Shown here piece after piece: positions 1 through 13,140 of a DNA stretch of 15,597 nucleotides. Within the stretch, counting starts at the first letter, position 1. Each line of letters opens with the position of its first letter. The notes under the pieces are model-generated. The model was not told the DNA's origin and made no database searches. It worked only from the letters and a program-made list of their open reading frames with translations. Both the position numbers and the translations under genes were made by a program. This stretch comes from Thermoanaerobaculia bacterium. GTDB taxonomy: Bacteria > Acidobacteriota > Thermoanaerobaculia > UBA5066. The stretch spans positions 1 to 15,597 of the forward strand of contig CAWFJJ010000010.1 of the NCBI GenBank assembly GCA_963816185.1. The letters run 5' to 3'.

Positions 1-2241
<2,241 letters not shown>

Positions 2242-2632
2242 AATGCTCCGCCTGCTTCAGTCAACCGCGCGGCCTTTCATTGCCCGAGTGACCATGGCAG
2301 GCGCCGTCGAGGTCATGGCTCTTGAAGAAGTCGTAAGGCATGGCGTGCGACATGGGCACCAGCTCCCGAGCTGGGACCTCTCTGAACTCGGAAGTCGACT
2401 GAGACCGCTCTCTTACCCTTCGGAGCATATTTCGGGGCTTCCCATAAGCGCAGAATCATTCACCTGCACCTCGCCATCCTTGATGTCCTGCCTAGCGTGA
2501 AGATGCGCCAAGCGATGGGCGAGTGCGGAATGACGGCGCCGTGGTCGGGCGGCGTCGAAAGAGCCCCGGCCCCGCTTCGCGGCCGCGTATCCTCAAAGCA
2601 TGGCCAAGAGGGTGCAAGACGGGCGGGACGCG

Positions 2633-4296
2633 ATGAGATTCCTCTCGTTCGCTCTGCTCATCTCCGCTCCAGCGGCCCTCGTTGCGATGAGCGCGGACGG
2701 TGCCACCGATCTCGTCAACCCGGGAAGCGCGTGGTGCGGCGTCGTCAACGCCGCCGCTCCGGGCGACATGATCGTCTTCGCGGCCGGGATCTATACCGGG
2801 ACGTGCTCGATCACGGCTTCGGGTTCTCTGGCGGCTCCGATCACGTTGCGCTCGCAGACCGCCTCTGCCGCCGATCGCGCGGTCCTGGCCTATCCCGGCA
2901 CGAGCAGCAACATCATCGACGTCTACGGCTCCTACCTCGTGTTCCGCTGGCTGACCTTTGGCCCCACGGCGCCCGGCGCCGGCGTGAATCCTCTCAAGCT
3001 GCGGAGCAGCGTCCAGGGAATCGTCGTCGATCAGAACGTCTTCAAGGGCACCGAATCGCCGTCGCGGCGAACTCCAGCGGCAGCACCTATCGAAGCATCT
3101 CGATCACGAACAACGTCCTGACGAACATGCAGTCGACCGGCCTCTACTTCGGCTGTCACGACGGCACGTCCTGCCACGCCCTGAACATCCTCATCCAGGG
3201 AAACCTCATCGACACGGTGCAGGCGGGCGACGGCGTGGGTTACGGCCTGGAGATCAAGCTGAACTCCTGGGCCACGATCCTCGAGAACACGGTCTACGAC
3301 CCACAGGGTCCGGGCATCGAGGTCTACGGCTCGAATCGAGGCGATCCTCCGAGCGTCGTCGAGCGCAACTACGTCGAGGGGTCCCGGAACAACGCCGGCA
3401 TCAACGTGGGCGGGGGCCCCGCGATCGTGCGCAACAACATCGTCGTGGGCAACGCGTACAACGGGATCTGGGCCCAGGATTACGCCGGTCGCGGTCTTCA
3501 GCAGAACGTCTGGATCGTCGAGAACACGGCCCTCGCGAACCAGACCGGGGGAATCAAAGTCAGCAACTGGCAGGCGGGCGCGGGCAACATCCTCGCGTTC
3601 AACGCGGTCGCGCCGCTCCTCGGCACGCCGGCGCTGACGCCGGCCTCGCCGATCGCCGACACGCTGCTGGGAAACGTGGCCTGCGTCCCGGCGGCGAGCT
3701 GCTTCGTGCAGCCCGTCTCGGCGCCCTACGACCTCTGGCCTCTCTCGGGCGGCCCGCTGATCGGAGCGGCCGCGAGCGGAATGGAGCCCTGGCGCGTCGG
3801 CAACGATTTCATGTGCGCGCCGCGGGGAATCGCGGCCGATACAGGGGCGATGCAAAGAACCTCTGCCGGCGATGGGCCCCCGCTCGGTGGCGGCGGCGCC
3901 CGGCCCGCGTGCGGCTCGGGCGGCACGCTCCTCTACACCCTCACTCCGTGCCGCGCCGCGGACACGCGCGACGCACCCGGCGCGTGGGGCGGTCCTGCGC
4001 TCCTCGCAGGCACGGAGCGCAGCTTCGTCCTCGCGAGCCGGTGCGGGATCCCGCCGACCGCTCGCGCCGTGACGGCGAACGTGACCGTGGCAGCGCCGAC
4101 CGCGGCCGGCGTCCTGAGCCTGCGTCCGGGAGGCACGGCCCCGCTTCTGGCCTCGACGATCAATTACGCGCCCGGCCAGACCCGCGCGAACAACGCGGTG
4201 CTTCTGCTGGGCGCGGCGGGTGACGTGGTGGTGGCCTGCGGCCAGGCCTCCGGCACGACGCAGTTCATCCTGGACGTGACCGGCTACTTCCAGTAG
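2633..4296 (+). CDS. Secreted right-handed parallel beta-helix protein with a choice-of-anchor-Q-like segment and C-terminal TPCRxxDTR...DVTGYF domain; 1-nt frameshift at about 3053
   Basis: Signal-peptide-like start MRFLSFALLISAPAALVA (alternative ATG at 2600). N-cap AAPGDMIVFAAGIY...GSLAAPITLRS. Asn-ladder repeats ITNNVL, IQGNLI, ILENTV, VERNYV, VRNNIV. Adding one G at 3053 (ACC G[G]A ATC) joins ORFs 2600..3121 and 2497..4296 as FKGTGIAVAAN, giving 554 aa. Confidence 0.8.
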
Positions 4297-4301
4297 GGCT
4301 G

Positions 4302-5165
4302 CTAGCGTCCCCCCGCTTTCCGCCACTCCCATTCCGCGAGGCGCTCGCGGGCGCCGAGGCCGATGGCGCGGTGGAGCTCGACGAGGAGCCGGGTGGCCTC
4401 GGCGTCGCGGAAGGGCGGCGGGCCGAGCCGCGTCAGGACCGCCTCGGGGTGCTCGGGGGGCGCGAACGACGAGCGCAGCGCGGCGACCGGCTCGCCGGGC
4501 CGGTAGAAGAGCTCGGGCCTCTCGAGGATGTGCCGCTCGAGCGGCTCCGGCGGTTCGGCCGTATCGGCGGGGACAGGAGTATCCGACGCGCGGGCTTCGC
4601 TCTTCCGCTCGGGCCGAGTCCGCGCCCGTTGCAGGCCCTGGAGAAGCTCTTCCCGGGGGACGCCGCGCAGGAGGAAGACGAGGAACGGGTCGTCCTGGAG
4701 GTGATCGCCGAGCAGAACCGCGAGGGCGCCGGCGTGCGCGCACGGCTCCTTTCCCTCGGCGCACGTGCAGGCCGAGACGACGTCGCCGGCGTCGAGCGGC
4801 AGGAGCGTGCGGCGCGTTCCCTGGAAGGCGCTCTCCACGTCCTCGGGCAGCCGGCCTGCAAGAAGGTCGGCCGCATACCGAGCCCGCGCCGCCATCGCCT
4901 TGAGAACGCGGCGCCGCACCGAGGAGTCGAGCGGCTTGAGGGAGAGCGACGTCTCCTCCGTCTGCCCGTCCGCCGCCCGCACGTCGGCCCGCGCCCCGGT
5001 TCGCCCGATCTCGAGCGAGGTCACCGCGCCCGCGAGGGCGGCCGCCCGCCCCTCCGTGAGCGCGTCCTCCCACCCGAGCGACGCGAGCCGGGCGAGGAAG
5101 CGATACGCCCATCCGCTCTCGGGCGGACTCGGGCGTGGCAGGAGGGCCTTCTTGCGGCGCGGCAT
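4302..5165 (-). CDS. SWIM zinc-finger protein (287 aa), partner of the SNF2 ATPase
   Basis: CxC-x6-CxH motif CTCAEGKEPCAH followed by DDPFLVFLLRG. The ATG at 5165 overlaps the SNF2 stop (TGATG). Confidence 0.88.
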   Translation of the reverse strand: MPRRKKALLPRPSPPESGWAYRFLARLASLGWEDALTEGRAAALAGAVTSLEIGRTGARADVRAADGQTEETSLSLKPLDSSVRRRVLKAMAARARYAADLLAGRLPEDVESAFQGTRRTLLPLDAGDVVSACTCAEGKEPCAHAGALAVLLGDHLQDDPFLVFLLRGVPREELLQGLQRARTRPERKSEARASDTPVPADTAEPPEPLERHILERPELFYRPGEPVAALRSSFAPPEHPEAVLTRLGPPPFRDAEATRLLVELHRAIGLGARERLAEWEWRKAGGR

Positions 5166-8100
5166 CAGCGTCCTCCGTCCGTCTCGATCGCGCTCGTGTC
5201 GAGCGCGACGAGCTCCGAGAGCTGCTCGTCCGAAAGCGTCGCGATCCACTGTTCGCCGGCGCCGACGATCGAACGGGCGAGCGCCTTCTTCTCCTCGATC
5301 ATCCGGTCGATACGTTCTTCGAGCGTTCCCTTGCAGACGAATTTGTGGACCTGGACGTGCTCGGTCTGTCCGATGCGGAAGGCGCGGTCGGTCGCCTGCT
5401 CCTCGACGGCGGGATTCCACCAGCGGTCCACGTGGAAGACGTGGGAAGCACGGGTCAGGTTCAGGCCGGTGCCTCCCGCGCGCAGCGACAGGACGAAGAA
5501 CGGAGGCGGGTCCTCGTCCTCCTGGAAGCGCCGCACCATCTCCGTTCGCGTGTGCCGCGGAACCGCGCCGTGCAGGAACAGCACTTCGCAGCCGAAGCGT
5601 TCCTTCAGCTCGGCGACGAGGAGATGGCCCATCTCGGCGAACTGCGTGAAGAGCAGGGAAGGGCTCCTTTCGGCGAGCGTCTCCTCGCACATCTCGAGGA
5701 GGCGAGCGACCTTCGCCGAGCGGCCGTCGCGCCGGCCGTCCCCGAGGAAGAGCGCGGGGTGATCGCAGATCTGCTTGAGGCGCAGGAGCAGGAGGAGGAT
5801 CTTCGCCTTCCGGCTTCGCCGATTCGCCCGCCCGATGCCGGAGAGAAGCGATCGGGTCGTCGCGCGGTAGAGAGCGGCCTGCTCGCGCGTGAGGCCGACG
5901 AGCTCCTTCGTCTCGATCTTCTCGGGGAGGTCGGGGACGACGCCCGGATCGGTCTTGGCGCGGCGCAGCAGGAACGGGCCCGTCACGTGGCGCAGGCGCG
6001 CGGAGGCCGCAGGGTCGTTGTGCCGCTCGATCGGGATCGAGAAGTTGCGCCGGAAGGCGTCGTCCGTGCCGAGGAGGCCGGGATTGAGGAAGTCGAAGAT
6101 GGACTTCAGCTCGGCGAGGCGGTTCTCGACGGGCGTGCCGGTGAGGGCCGCGCGCCGGTGCGCCTTGAGAGAACGCGCAGCACGCGACTGCGCAGCCGAC
6201 GGGTTCTTGACGTTCTGCGCCTCGTCGAGCGCGAGGTATTCCCACGTGACGCCCGTCAGAAGGGCGCGGTCTCGATGCACGAGGGCGTACGTCGTGACGA
6301 GGAGATCCACCTTTTTGAGAAGCCGCGTGAACGCCTCTCCGCTCGCACGCCCTGCGCCGTGATGCACCAGGACGCGGAGCTGCGGGGCGAAGCGCTCGGC
6401 CTCGCGAACCCAGTTCTCGGCCACGGACGTCGGGCAGACGAGAAGAGACGGGCCGATGCGCTCTCCGGCGTCGCGCGCGGCGAGAAGCGAGGCGAGGAAT
6501 TGAATCGTCTTGCCGAGGCCCATATCGTCGGCGAGACAGGCGCCGAGGCCGCGCGAGAGCAGGAAGCGCAGCCATCCCACGCCGCGCATCTGGTAGGGGC
6601 GCAGGATGCCCGTCAGGCCGCGCGGCGGGACGAAGCCGGCAATCTCGCGCCGCGCGGCCTCCGGATCGAGAAGGCGCCCGATCCACCCTTCGCCGCCCAC
6701 CGCGTCGACGAGGACGTCCTCCTGCTCGCCGTCGAGTCCGCCCGCGAGGCGCAGCAGCTCGCCGAGCGTGGTGCGGCCGCCGGGCCGCCGGTCGAGGAGG
6801 CGCCGCGCCTTCTCGAGGTTCTCCTTGTCGAGGAGCACCCATTCCCCGCGGATCTCGACGAGGGGAATCTGCCGGGCGGCCAGCTCCTCGAACTCGTGAG
6901 GGCTGAGGAGTGCGTCCCCCACGGCCACGCGCCAATCGAAGTCGACGAGGGCATCGAGGCCGAATCGCACGACCGACGCGTCGGCTTCGCCCGCTCCCGG
7001 CGCGCGCGCAACGAGCTTGAGCGCGACGCGTGCGAGACTGCCGCCCCCGGGCAGGCGGACGGCGATGCCGGCTTCTCCGAGGAGGGGGGCCTCGTCGGAC
7101 AGGAAGCGCCACGCTTCATCCGGCGACAGGATGACGCCCGTGGGATGCCGCTCCTCGAGGCTCCGCGCGACCGGGCGCGAGAGCGCCGCGGCCGTTCCGA
7201 GCCGCGCGAGGAGCGTGTCCTGCGGATTCGTGAACAGCCGCCCGCGCCGGCGCACGGATCCTTCGGTCGTGGCCCAGATCTCCTCGGCCGGCAGCGAGAC
7301 CTCGGGGCTCTCTCCGGACTCGAGGAGGTATGCGAGCGAAAACGAGCCGCCGGCCTCGGAAGGCGGCACGACGCGGATGCCGAGACGCAGCAGGCTCTCG
7401 GGGAGGGGATCCAGGAGCGGGAGGCTCCACTCGGCCAGGCGCGCGAGCACGCCGGGCTCGAGCGCGAGAGTCGGAGGAGCGGCGAGCGCCGCGATGACCT
7501 CGGCCTCGAGAGTGTCGCCTGCGCGCCGCCGCTCGGCCGGAACGACGTCCCGGAGAACGTCGCGCGCGGCCGCGTCCACGGCCTCGTCCAGGAACGCGAG
7601 GAGCAGCCCGCGTGCGGGCGGGAGCGCGCCGTCGGGTCCCAGGCGTGCCCCCGCCGGCAGGATCGCGCGCGAGACAGGCGGCATGGCTTCAGCGAGACGC
7701 CGGAGACGCTCCCTCTCGTGGGGATCGTCGAGGACGGGCCGCCAGCGGGGACGCGTGCCGTCGGCTCCGGGAGCGACGCGTCGGCGGAGCAGAAGGTCGA
7801 ACACCCAGCGCGCCACCTCCGCCCAGTAGTCGAGGTCGTCGCCCGCCGATACGGGCAGGGGGCGTGCGCGGAGCGCCGCAGGGAGCGAGAGCAGCGCCTC
7901 GAGAGCGGCCGCGACCGGCAGCACGAACGCGGGGACTTCGTAGATCCGGAGCACGGCGGAGAAAGGTGCCGCATAGTCGGCGGGCTCCCGAAGCGCCGGC
8001 GCGGACGGAACAGGACGCCCGTGAACGGCGGGGACGACGAGGGCGAGCGTCGTCGTCTCCGTGCGTGCGGAGAACGGGGACGCGAGGCCCTCGGCGCTCA

Positions 8101-8236
8101 GCGCCTCCAGGAGTACGCACGGCTCGACGGCACGCGGGTGCCGGTCGCGCCCGTCGTGCGGCGTGAAAAGCCCCTCCGCCCAGAAGGCGAATCCGGACGG
8201 GCGCGGAGCACCGTGCAGGCAGATCAAGCCCTCCAT
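5165..8236 (-). CDS. SNF2-family (SF2) helicase-like ATPase, 1023 aa, with a DUF3670-like region
   Basis: Motifs LRPYQ, LADDMGLGKT, DEAQNVKN, LTGTPVEN, LSLRAGGTGLNLT and QATDRAFRIGQ. The upstream segment FGLDALVDFDWRVAVGD...LVEIRGEWV is typical of bacterial Snf2 proteins. Confidence 0.95.
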   Translation of the reverse strand: MEGLICLHGAPRPSGFAFWAEGLFTPHDGRDRHPRAVEPCVLLEALSAEGLASPFSARTETTTLALVVPAVHGRPVPSAPALREPADYAAPFSAVLRIYEVPAFVLPVAAALEALLSLPAALRARPLPVSAGDDLDYWAEVARWVFDLLLRRRVAPGADGTRPRWRPVLDDPHERERLRRLAEAMPPVSRAILPAGARLGPDGALPPARGLLLAFLDEAVDAAARDVLRDVVPAERRRAGDTLEAEVIAALAAPPTLALEPGVLARLAEWSLPLLDPLPESLLRLGIRVVPPSEAGGSFSLAYLLESGESPEVSLPAEEIWATTEGSVRRRGRLFTNPQDTLLARLGTAAALSRPVARSLEERHPTGVILSPDEAWRFLSDEAPLLGEAGIAVRLPGGGSLARVALKLVARAPGAGEADASVVRFGLDALVDFDWRVAVGDALLSPHEFEELAARQIPLVEIRGEWVLLDKENLEKARRLLDRRPGGRTTLGELLRLAGGLDGEQEDVLVDAVGGEGWIGRLLDPEAARREIAGFVPPRGLTGILRPYQMRGVGWLRFLLSRGLGACLADDMGLGKTIQFLASLLAARDAGERIGPSLLVCPTSVAENWVREAERFAPQLRVLVHHGAGRASGEAFTRLLKKVDLLVTTYALVHRDRALLTGVTWEYLALDEAQNVKNPSAAQSRAARSLKAHRRAALTGTPVENRLAELKSIFDFLNPGLLGTDDAFRRNFSIPIERHNDPAASARLRHVTGPFLLRRAKTDPGVVPDLPEKIETKELVGLTREQAALYRATTRSLLSGIGRANRRSRKAKILLLLLRLKQICDHPALFLGDGRRDGRSAKVARLLEMCEETLAERSPSLLFTQFAEMGHLLVAELKERFGCEVLFLHGAVPRHTRTEMVRRFQEDEDPPPFFVLSLRAGGTGLNLTRASHVFHVDRWWNPAVEEQATDRAFRIGQTEHVQVHKFVCKGTLEERIDRMIEEKKALARSIVGAGEQWIATLSDEQLSELVALDTSAIETDGGR

Positions 8237-8243
8237 TGTCGGT

Positions 8244-8249
8244 TATCCT
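8244..8249 (+). promoter_or_regulatory. Candidate -10 element for the hypothetical gene
   Basis: TATCCT 9 nt before ATG 8259, with no Shine-Dalgarno sequence between. Confidence 0.35.
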
Positions 8250-8258
8250 CGCCCTCAG

Positions 8259-8780
8259 ATGAAAGTCCCGAGGGCGCACGAGCTTTTTCGACGGATGTCG
8301 AGCGCGGAAGTGGCCTCGATCGTCGAGGCGGCGTGCGAAGACGACGAGCTGCCCGAGAAGATCGCGGGCGGCGTCATCACGTACCAGCAGATCCCCCTCA
8401 GGCGCTTTTCGAAGCTGCCCGAGGAGACGCGGCTGGCCTACGTGAGGCGCACGCTGCGCGACAGGCGCGCCACCGACCTCGGTCTGTACGTCCTCTCCGC
8501 CGCCCTCACGCGCCGGCAGGCGGCGCTCATCTCTGCTTTTCTCGAGGCGCTGAAACTTCCCCACGAGGGGCCGAGCCTGACGACGGAGGGCGCGATTCCG
8601 GCACCGGGCGCGAAGGCGCTTCGCCGCGCGGTCGACGCCCTCCTCGACGTCCACGAGGCGCGCGACGTGGCGCTTTATCTCCACGCGTTCGCATCCCAGC
8701 CGGACGTCGACTGGCCGGTCCTCGAAAAGCTCCTCGAATCGGACGCCCTCCTCGCGTTCGAGGACCGCTCGGCGGGCTAG
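8259..8780 (+). CDS. Hypothetical protein (173 aa, probably helical)
   Basis: MKVPRAHELF...AFEDRSAG, with host-like codon usage. It fills the gap between SNF2 (divergent, 22 bp away) and the GNAT (convergent, sharing CTAG stops). Confidence 0.75.
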   Translation: MKVPRAHELFRRMSSAEVASIVEAACEDDELPEKIAGGVITYQQIPLRRFSKLPEETRLAYVRRTLRDRRATDLGLYVLSAALTRRQAALISAFLEALKLPHEGPSLTTEGAIPAPGAKALRRAVDALLDVHEARDVALYLHAFASQPDVDWPVLEKLLESDALLAFEDRSAG

Positions 8781-9282
8781 GTTGCGGCGATCCGGTAGAC
8801 GAGACTTTCCCGGCCCTTACCGTCGAGCCTCGAGCCCACGCGAAGTCCGCCGATCTTTTCCATGGCCCTCCGCGAGCGCAGGTTCTTCGGACCAACCAGA
8901 AAGACGACGTTCTTCACGAATCGGAAGGCGTGCCGGAGCATGAGCTGTTTCATTTCCCTGTTGTAGATGCCGCCCCAGTGGGACCTGACCAGGAACGTCC
9001 AGCCGATCTCGATCTCGCTCTTTTCCGGGTCGTATCCGTGAAATCGCGTCGACCCGATGACGTTGCTATTTCGGGAGTCGATCGCGATCAGCGCTCGCCG
9101 GATTCCAGAGTCTCGCGGAAGAATTCCTTGAAGACTTCCTCCTTGTGGCGATCGTTGTTCGGATGCTGTTCCCAGACGAGCGGATCCGAAGCGACCGCGT
9201 AGAGGTCGTGAAAATCCTCCCGTCGAAGCGGCCTGAGGGCGAGAAGCTCGCCCCGCAGAACGGGCTGGAGATCAAAGGGCAT
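8777..9282 (-). CDS. GNAT (RimJ/RimL-like) N-acetyltransferase with a 1-nt frameshift at about 9096
   Basis: MPFDLQPVLRGELLALRPLRREDFHDLYAVASDPLVWEQHP continues in another frame as LIAIDSRNSNVIGSTRF...EIEIGWTFL...NLRSRRAMEKIG...LVYRIAAT*. One added G (GGC G[G]A GCG) gives 168 aa. Confidence 0.85.
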
Positions 9283-9377
9283 TCCCGGCTCCATCGGCAA
9301 GTCCAAATGTACAACGCTAAATGCAAGATCCAGCCTGATGTCACTTTCAGAGACGATCGATGGGGATCAGGTCACGC

Positions 9378-10489
9378 TCACCCGATTGCCCGGGCTATCT
9401 TGGTCAGAAGTGATTCCATCTCCGCAGGAAGAACGGTAGCTGCATTGAGGCTTCGTACGACTTCCTGGCAGAGGTCTGTTTTGCGGCGCTCGATTCCGTT
9501 CAGGCACACGACGTCTTCTCGGAAGGTCAGTGCTGAGAGTTCATTCTCACTGCAGCTGAACACTCTGGTCATAATTTCCGGCGGGTAAACGTACTCAATA
9601 CCATTCTGCGTCCACACGATGACATTGTCTGGCTGCACTCCCATCTGCACGAGTTCTGCTAGAAGCCCCCTGGCGTGAACGCTGTCCACGACTACAAATA
9701 TGCGGTCGCGCAACGGACTCTTCTGCAGATCGCCCAAGGTCTCTCTTAAAACGTGAACCTTCTTCTTTGGGTCGCCGGAACTTCTAATTACGACGACATT
9801 CCGCCCTGCAAACCGTAGGGCACACAGACGCTCAAGATAGTCATGATCCGTCTCACCTTCAACGTAGAGCACAGAAGATGGCAAGAAGAGCCCCTCTAAG
9901 GTATTGCCGAGAAGGTTGAACTGAAGGCGGTGGAAATCACCGACGTTCTGAACCCTAGATAGCGTTATGTGCGTCTCATCCTTACTCACGATGTAATTGC
10001 TCGTGAGGTCGTTACGATGGAGAAAGAGGTTAGAGTGAGTCGCGAGAAGAACCTGCTTTAGGTGGGGGAAATATTTCGGTCGCTCCACGGGATCCTGAAG
10101 AAACGCTGCTAAAGCCGTTTGCACCCGAGGGCTAAGACCGAGTTCAGGTTCGTCGATGAAGAGGGTCTTAAATCGATCATCCATGCAGATGCCTAGAATT
10201 GTCATCAGCAGGCGCGTCCCAGTACTCGCGACTGACAGGTTCTGACCACCCACATCTATGTATCGTGGGCTCAGTTCGTTGTCGAGTTGGACGCGACGCA
10301 GGGAGAATGAGCTCCCGATCAACCTGCTGCAGAGTTCGAAGAACGAAAGGCGCTGACTGTCGGACAGCCCTAAGATTATGTGGTTCAGGTCAATGTAGTT
10401 CTGCTCATAGTTGTACTCCTCCGACCAGAAGTTACTCTGAAACTGACTCTCGAACTGATCCAACTCATTGGGATTGCGGAGGGCCGCAC
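9378..10489 (-). pseudogene. C-terminal part of an IS-interrupted OLD-like ABC-ATPase/TOPRIM nuclease
   Basis: Signature-like STGTRLL, Walker B/D-loop LFIDEPELGLSP, H-loop LLATHS and TOPRIM LYVEGETD. It is more AT-rich than the host genes (29/60 G+C on line 9961 versus 49/60 on line 7561). Confidence 0.85.
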
Positions 10490-10515
10490 TGAATCGCCCC
10501 GGCATTTCCGGAGGC
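10490..10515 (+). repeat. Left inverted repeat of the outer IS
   Basis: TGAATCGCCCCGGCATTTCCGGAGGC matches the reverse complement of 13141-13166 at 21/26 positions and resembles the IS6110 end as I recall it. Confidence 0.92.
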
Positions 10516-10539
10516 TCCAACACTTGAGAGGATGGAGCC

Positions 10540-11426
<887 letters not shown>

Positions 11427-11458
11427 TGATAAGACATCTGGTGTCCAAGGAGGTTCGT

Positions 11459-11836
11459 ATGCGGAGGCGATTCAAGGGGGCCTCGGTGGACGCGACCGAA
11501 GCCGGAGGCGAGGTGGCGGCCACTGAGACCGGCGACGGACCGGAGAGGTGGACCTCGGGGCGGAAGGCCGACGTGGTCTTGCGGCTGCTGCGAGGCGAGG
11601 ACGTGGCGACGGTGTCACGAGAGATCGGCGTGCCGGCCCACCAACTCGAGGAATGGCGGCGTGTTTTCGTCGAGGGCGGCAAGGGATACCTCAGGAGCCG
11701 GGGAGAGCCTGACCAGGAGCGCGAGCTGACGCGCGCCCGCGCCAAAGTGGGCGAACTGATGATGGAGTTGGAGCTGGCCGAGGGGCTCCTGAAAAAAAGG
11801 GGCTTCGGGGACGACCTGAAGAAGCTCGGACGATGA
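11459..11836 (+). CDS. Transposase OrfA (HTH), nested IS
   Basis: AAGGAGG ribosome-binding site at 11447-53, then RWTSGRKADVVLRLLRGEDVATVSREIGV...EEWR and RAKVGELMMELEL. Confidence 0.88.
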   Translation: MRRRFKGASVDATEAGGEVAATETGDGPERWTSGRKADVVLRLLRGEDVATVSREIGVPAHQLEEWRRVFVEGGKGYLRSRGEPDQERELTRARAKVGELMMELELAEGLLKKRGFGDDLKKLGR

Positions 11837-12720
11837 AAGACGAGGTCAGCCCGGCCACGGGACGCCGGTATCCCTTCACGATGATCTGCAGCGTCTATCG
11901 CCTGGCCCGCTCGAGCGGTTACGCAGCCGCAAATGGGCGGGATGTCGACGCGGTGAACGTGAGGCCGGGCCCGCGGCCGAAGGTTTCTGACGAAGAGCTT
12001 CTGCAGTTGATCCGCAGCGAGATCGAAAGCTGCCCCTTTGTTGGGGAAGGCCACCGCAAGGTGCATTGCCGCCTCAATAAGCGTGGAACCGTCGTGGGCA
12101 GGGGCCGGATCCTTCGTCTGATGCGCCAGGACCGGCTGCTCGTGCCCCAGAGAACGCGCCGAGTCCACGGCAACGCGGCTCACGATGGAACGATCGTAAC
12201 GAACAGATCGAACCAGATGTGGGGCACGGACGGGACGCGTTTCTACACACGCCGGGATGGCTGGTGCTGGTTCTTTGGCGCGGTCGACCACGCCTCGGTC
12301 AAGGTCGTCGGCCACCACGTGGCCAAGATCGGCGATCGCTTCGCGGCGCTCGAGCCCATCAAGCAGGGCATCGCCGAGAACTTCGGCGGCTACGCCGGTG
12401 CCATCGCCGCCGGGCTGAAGCTGCGGTTGGACTGGGGCACTCAGTACACATCGCACGTTTTTGAAGGCGAGACGCGCTGGCTCGGAATCGAGCTGTCCCA
12501 CTCCTTCGTCGCCGAGCCCCAGTGCAACGGCGTGGCCGAGCGCTTCATGCGAACGGTGAAAGAGGAATGTCTTTGGCTCTTCGACTTCGAAGACCTCGAG
12601 CAGGCGCGGGCCCAGATCGCCGAATTCATCGATCTTTACAACCACGAGTGGCTCATCGAGCGCCTCGGCTACCGGACACCGGCCGTCGCGCATCGAGAGC
12701 TGCTCCAGGAGGCGGCGTGA
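11833..12720 (+). CDS. DDE transposase OrfB, nested IS
   Basis: ATGA overlap with orfA. DDE residues lie in WGTDGT, LRLDWGTQY and NGVAERFMRTVKEE. Confidence 0.93.
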   Translation: MKDEVSPATGRRYPFTMICSVYRLARSSGYAAANGRDVDAVNVRPGPRPKVSDEELLQLIRSEIESCPFVGEGHRKVHCRLNKRGTVVGRGRILRLMRQDRLLVPQRTRRVHGNAAHDGTIVTNRSNQMWGTDGTRFYTRRDGWCWFFGAVDHASVKVVGHHVAKIGDRFAALEPIKQGIAENFGGYAGAIAAGLKLRLDWGTQYTSHVFEGETRWLGIELSHSFVAEPQCNGVAERFMRTVKEECLWLFDFEDLEQARAQIAEFIDLYNHEWLIERLGYRTPAVAHRELLQEAA

Positions 12721-12763
12721 TTAGCGCCGTTAACTGTCCAGGAAATCGGGTGCGGTACACCCT

Positions 12764-13136
12764 CGAGCAGGCCCTGTACTTCAGGCCTCATACCGAGAGG
12801 CTCGTCCACCACAGCGACCGTGGCGTGCAGTACCTCTCGATCCGCTACACCGAGCGCCTCGCCGAGGCCGGCATCGAACGCTCGGTCGGAAGCGTGGGCG
12901 ACTCATACGACAACGCGCTGGCCGAGACCATCAACGGCCTCTTCAAGACCGAGGTCATCCGGCGTCGCGGGCCCTGGCGAAATATCGACGAAGTGGAAAT
13001 TGCTGTTCTGGAATGGGTCGACTGGTTTAACAACCGAAGGCTTCTCGGTCCCATCGGCTACGTGCCCCCGGCCGAGTACGAGGCGGCCTACTATCGCACT
13101 CAGGAAACCCCAGCCGCAGTGGCTGGACTCAGATAA
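12764..13136 (+). pseudogene. Outer IS OrfB, 3' part
   Basis: EQALY...HHSDRGVQY...DNALAETINGLFKTE. Joined to the 5' part it gives 915 nt (304 aa) reading DALEQAL. Confidence 0.92.
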
Positions 13137-13140
13137 ACAG

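Noticed and set aside
4302-7112. 936-aa version of the SWIM protein
   Set aside because: The first 649 codons are an alternative frame of SNF2. The plausible start is the coupled ATG at 5165.
5135-9202. 1355-aa + strand ORF and other long Arg/Ala/Pro-rich ORFs (3031..5112, 13476..14603, 11398..12693)
   Set aside because: They are antisense or alternative-frame shadows of motif-bearing genes in GC-rich DNA.
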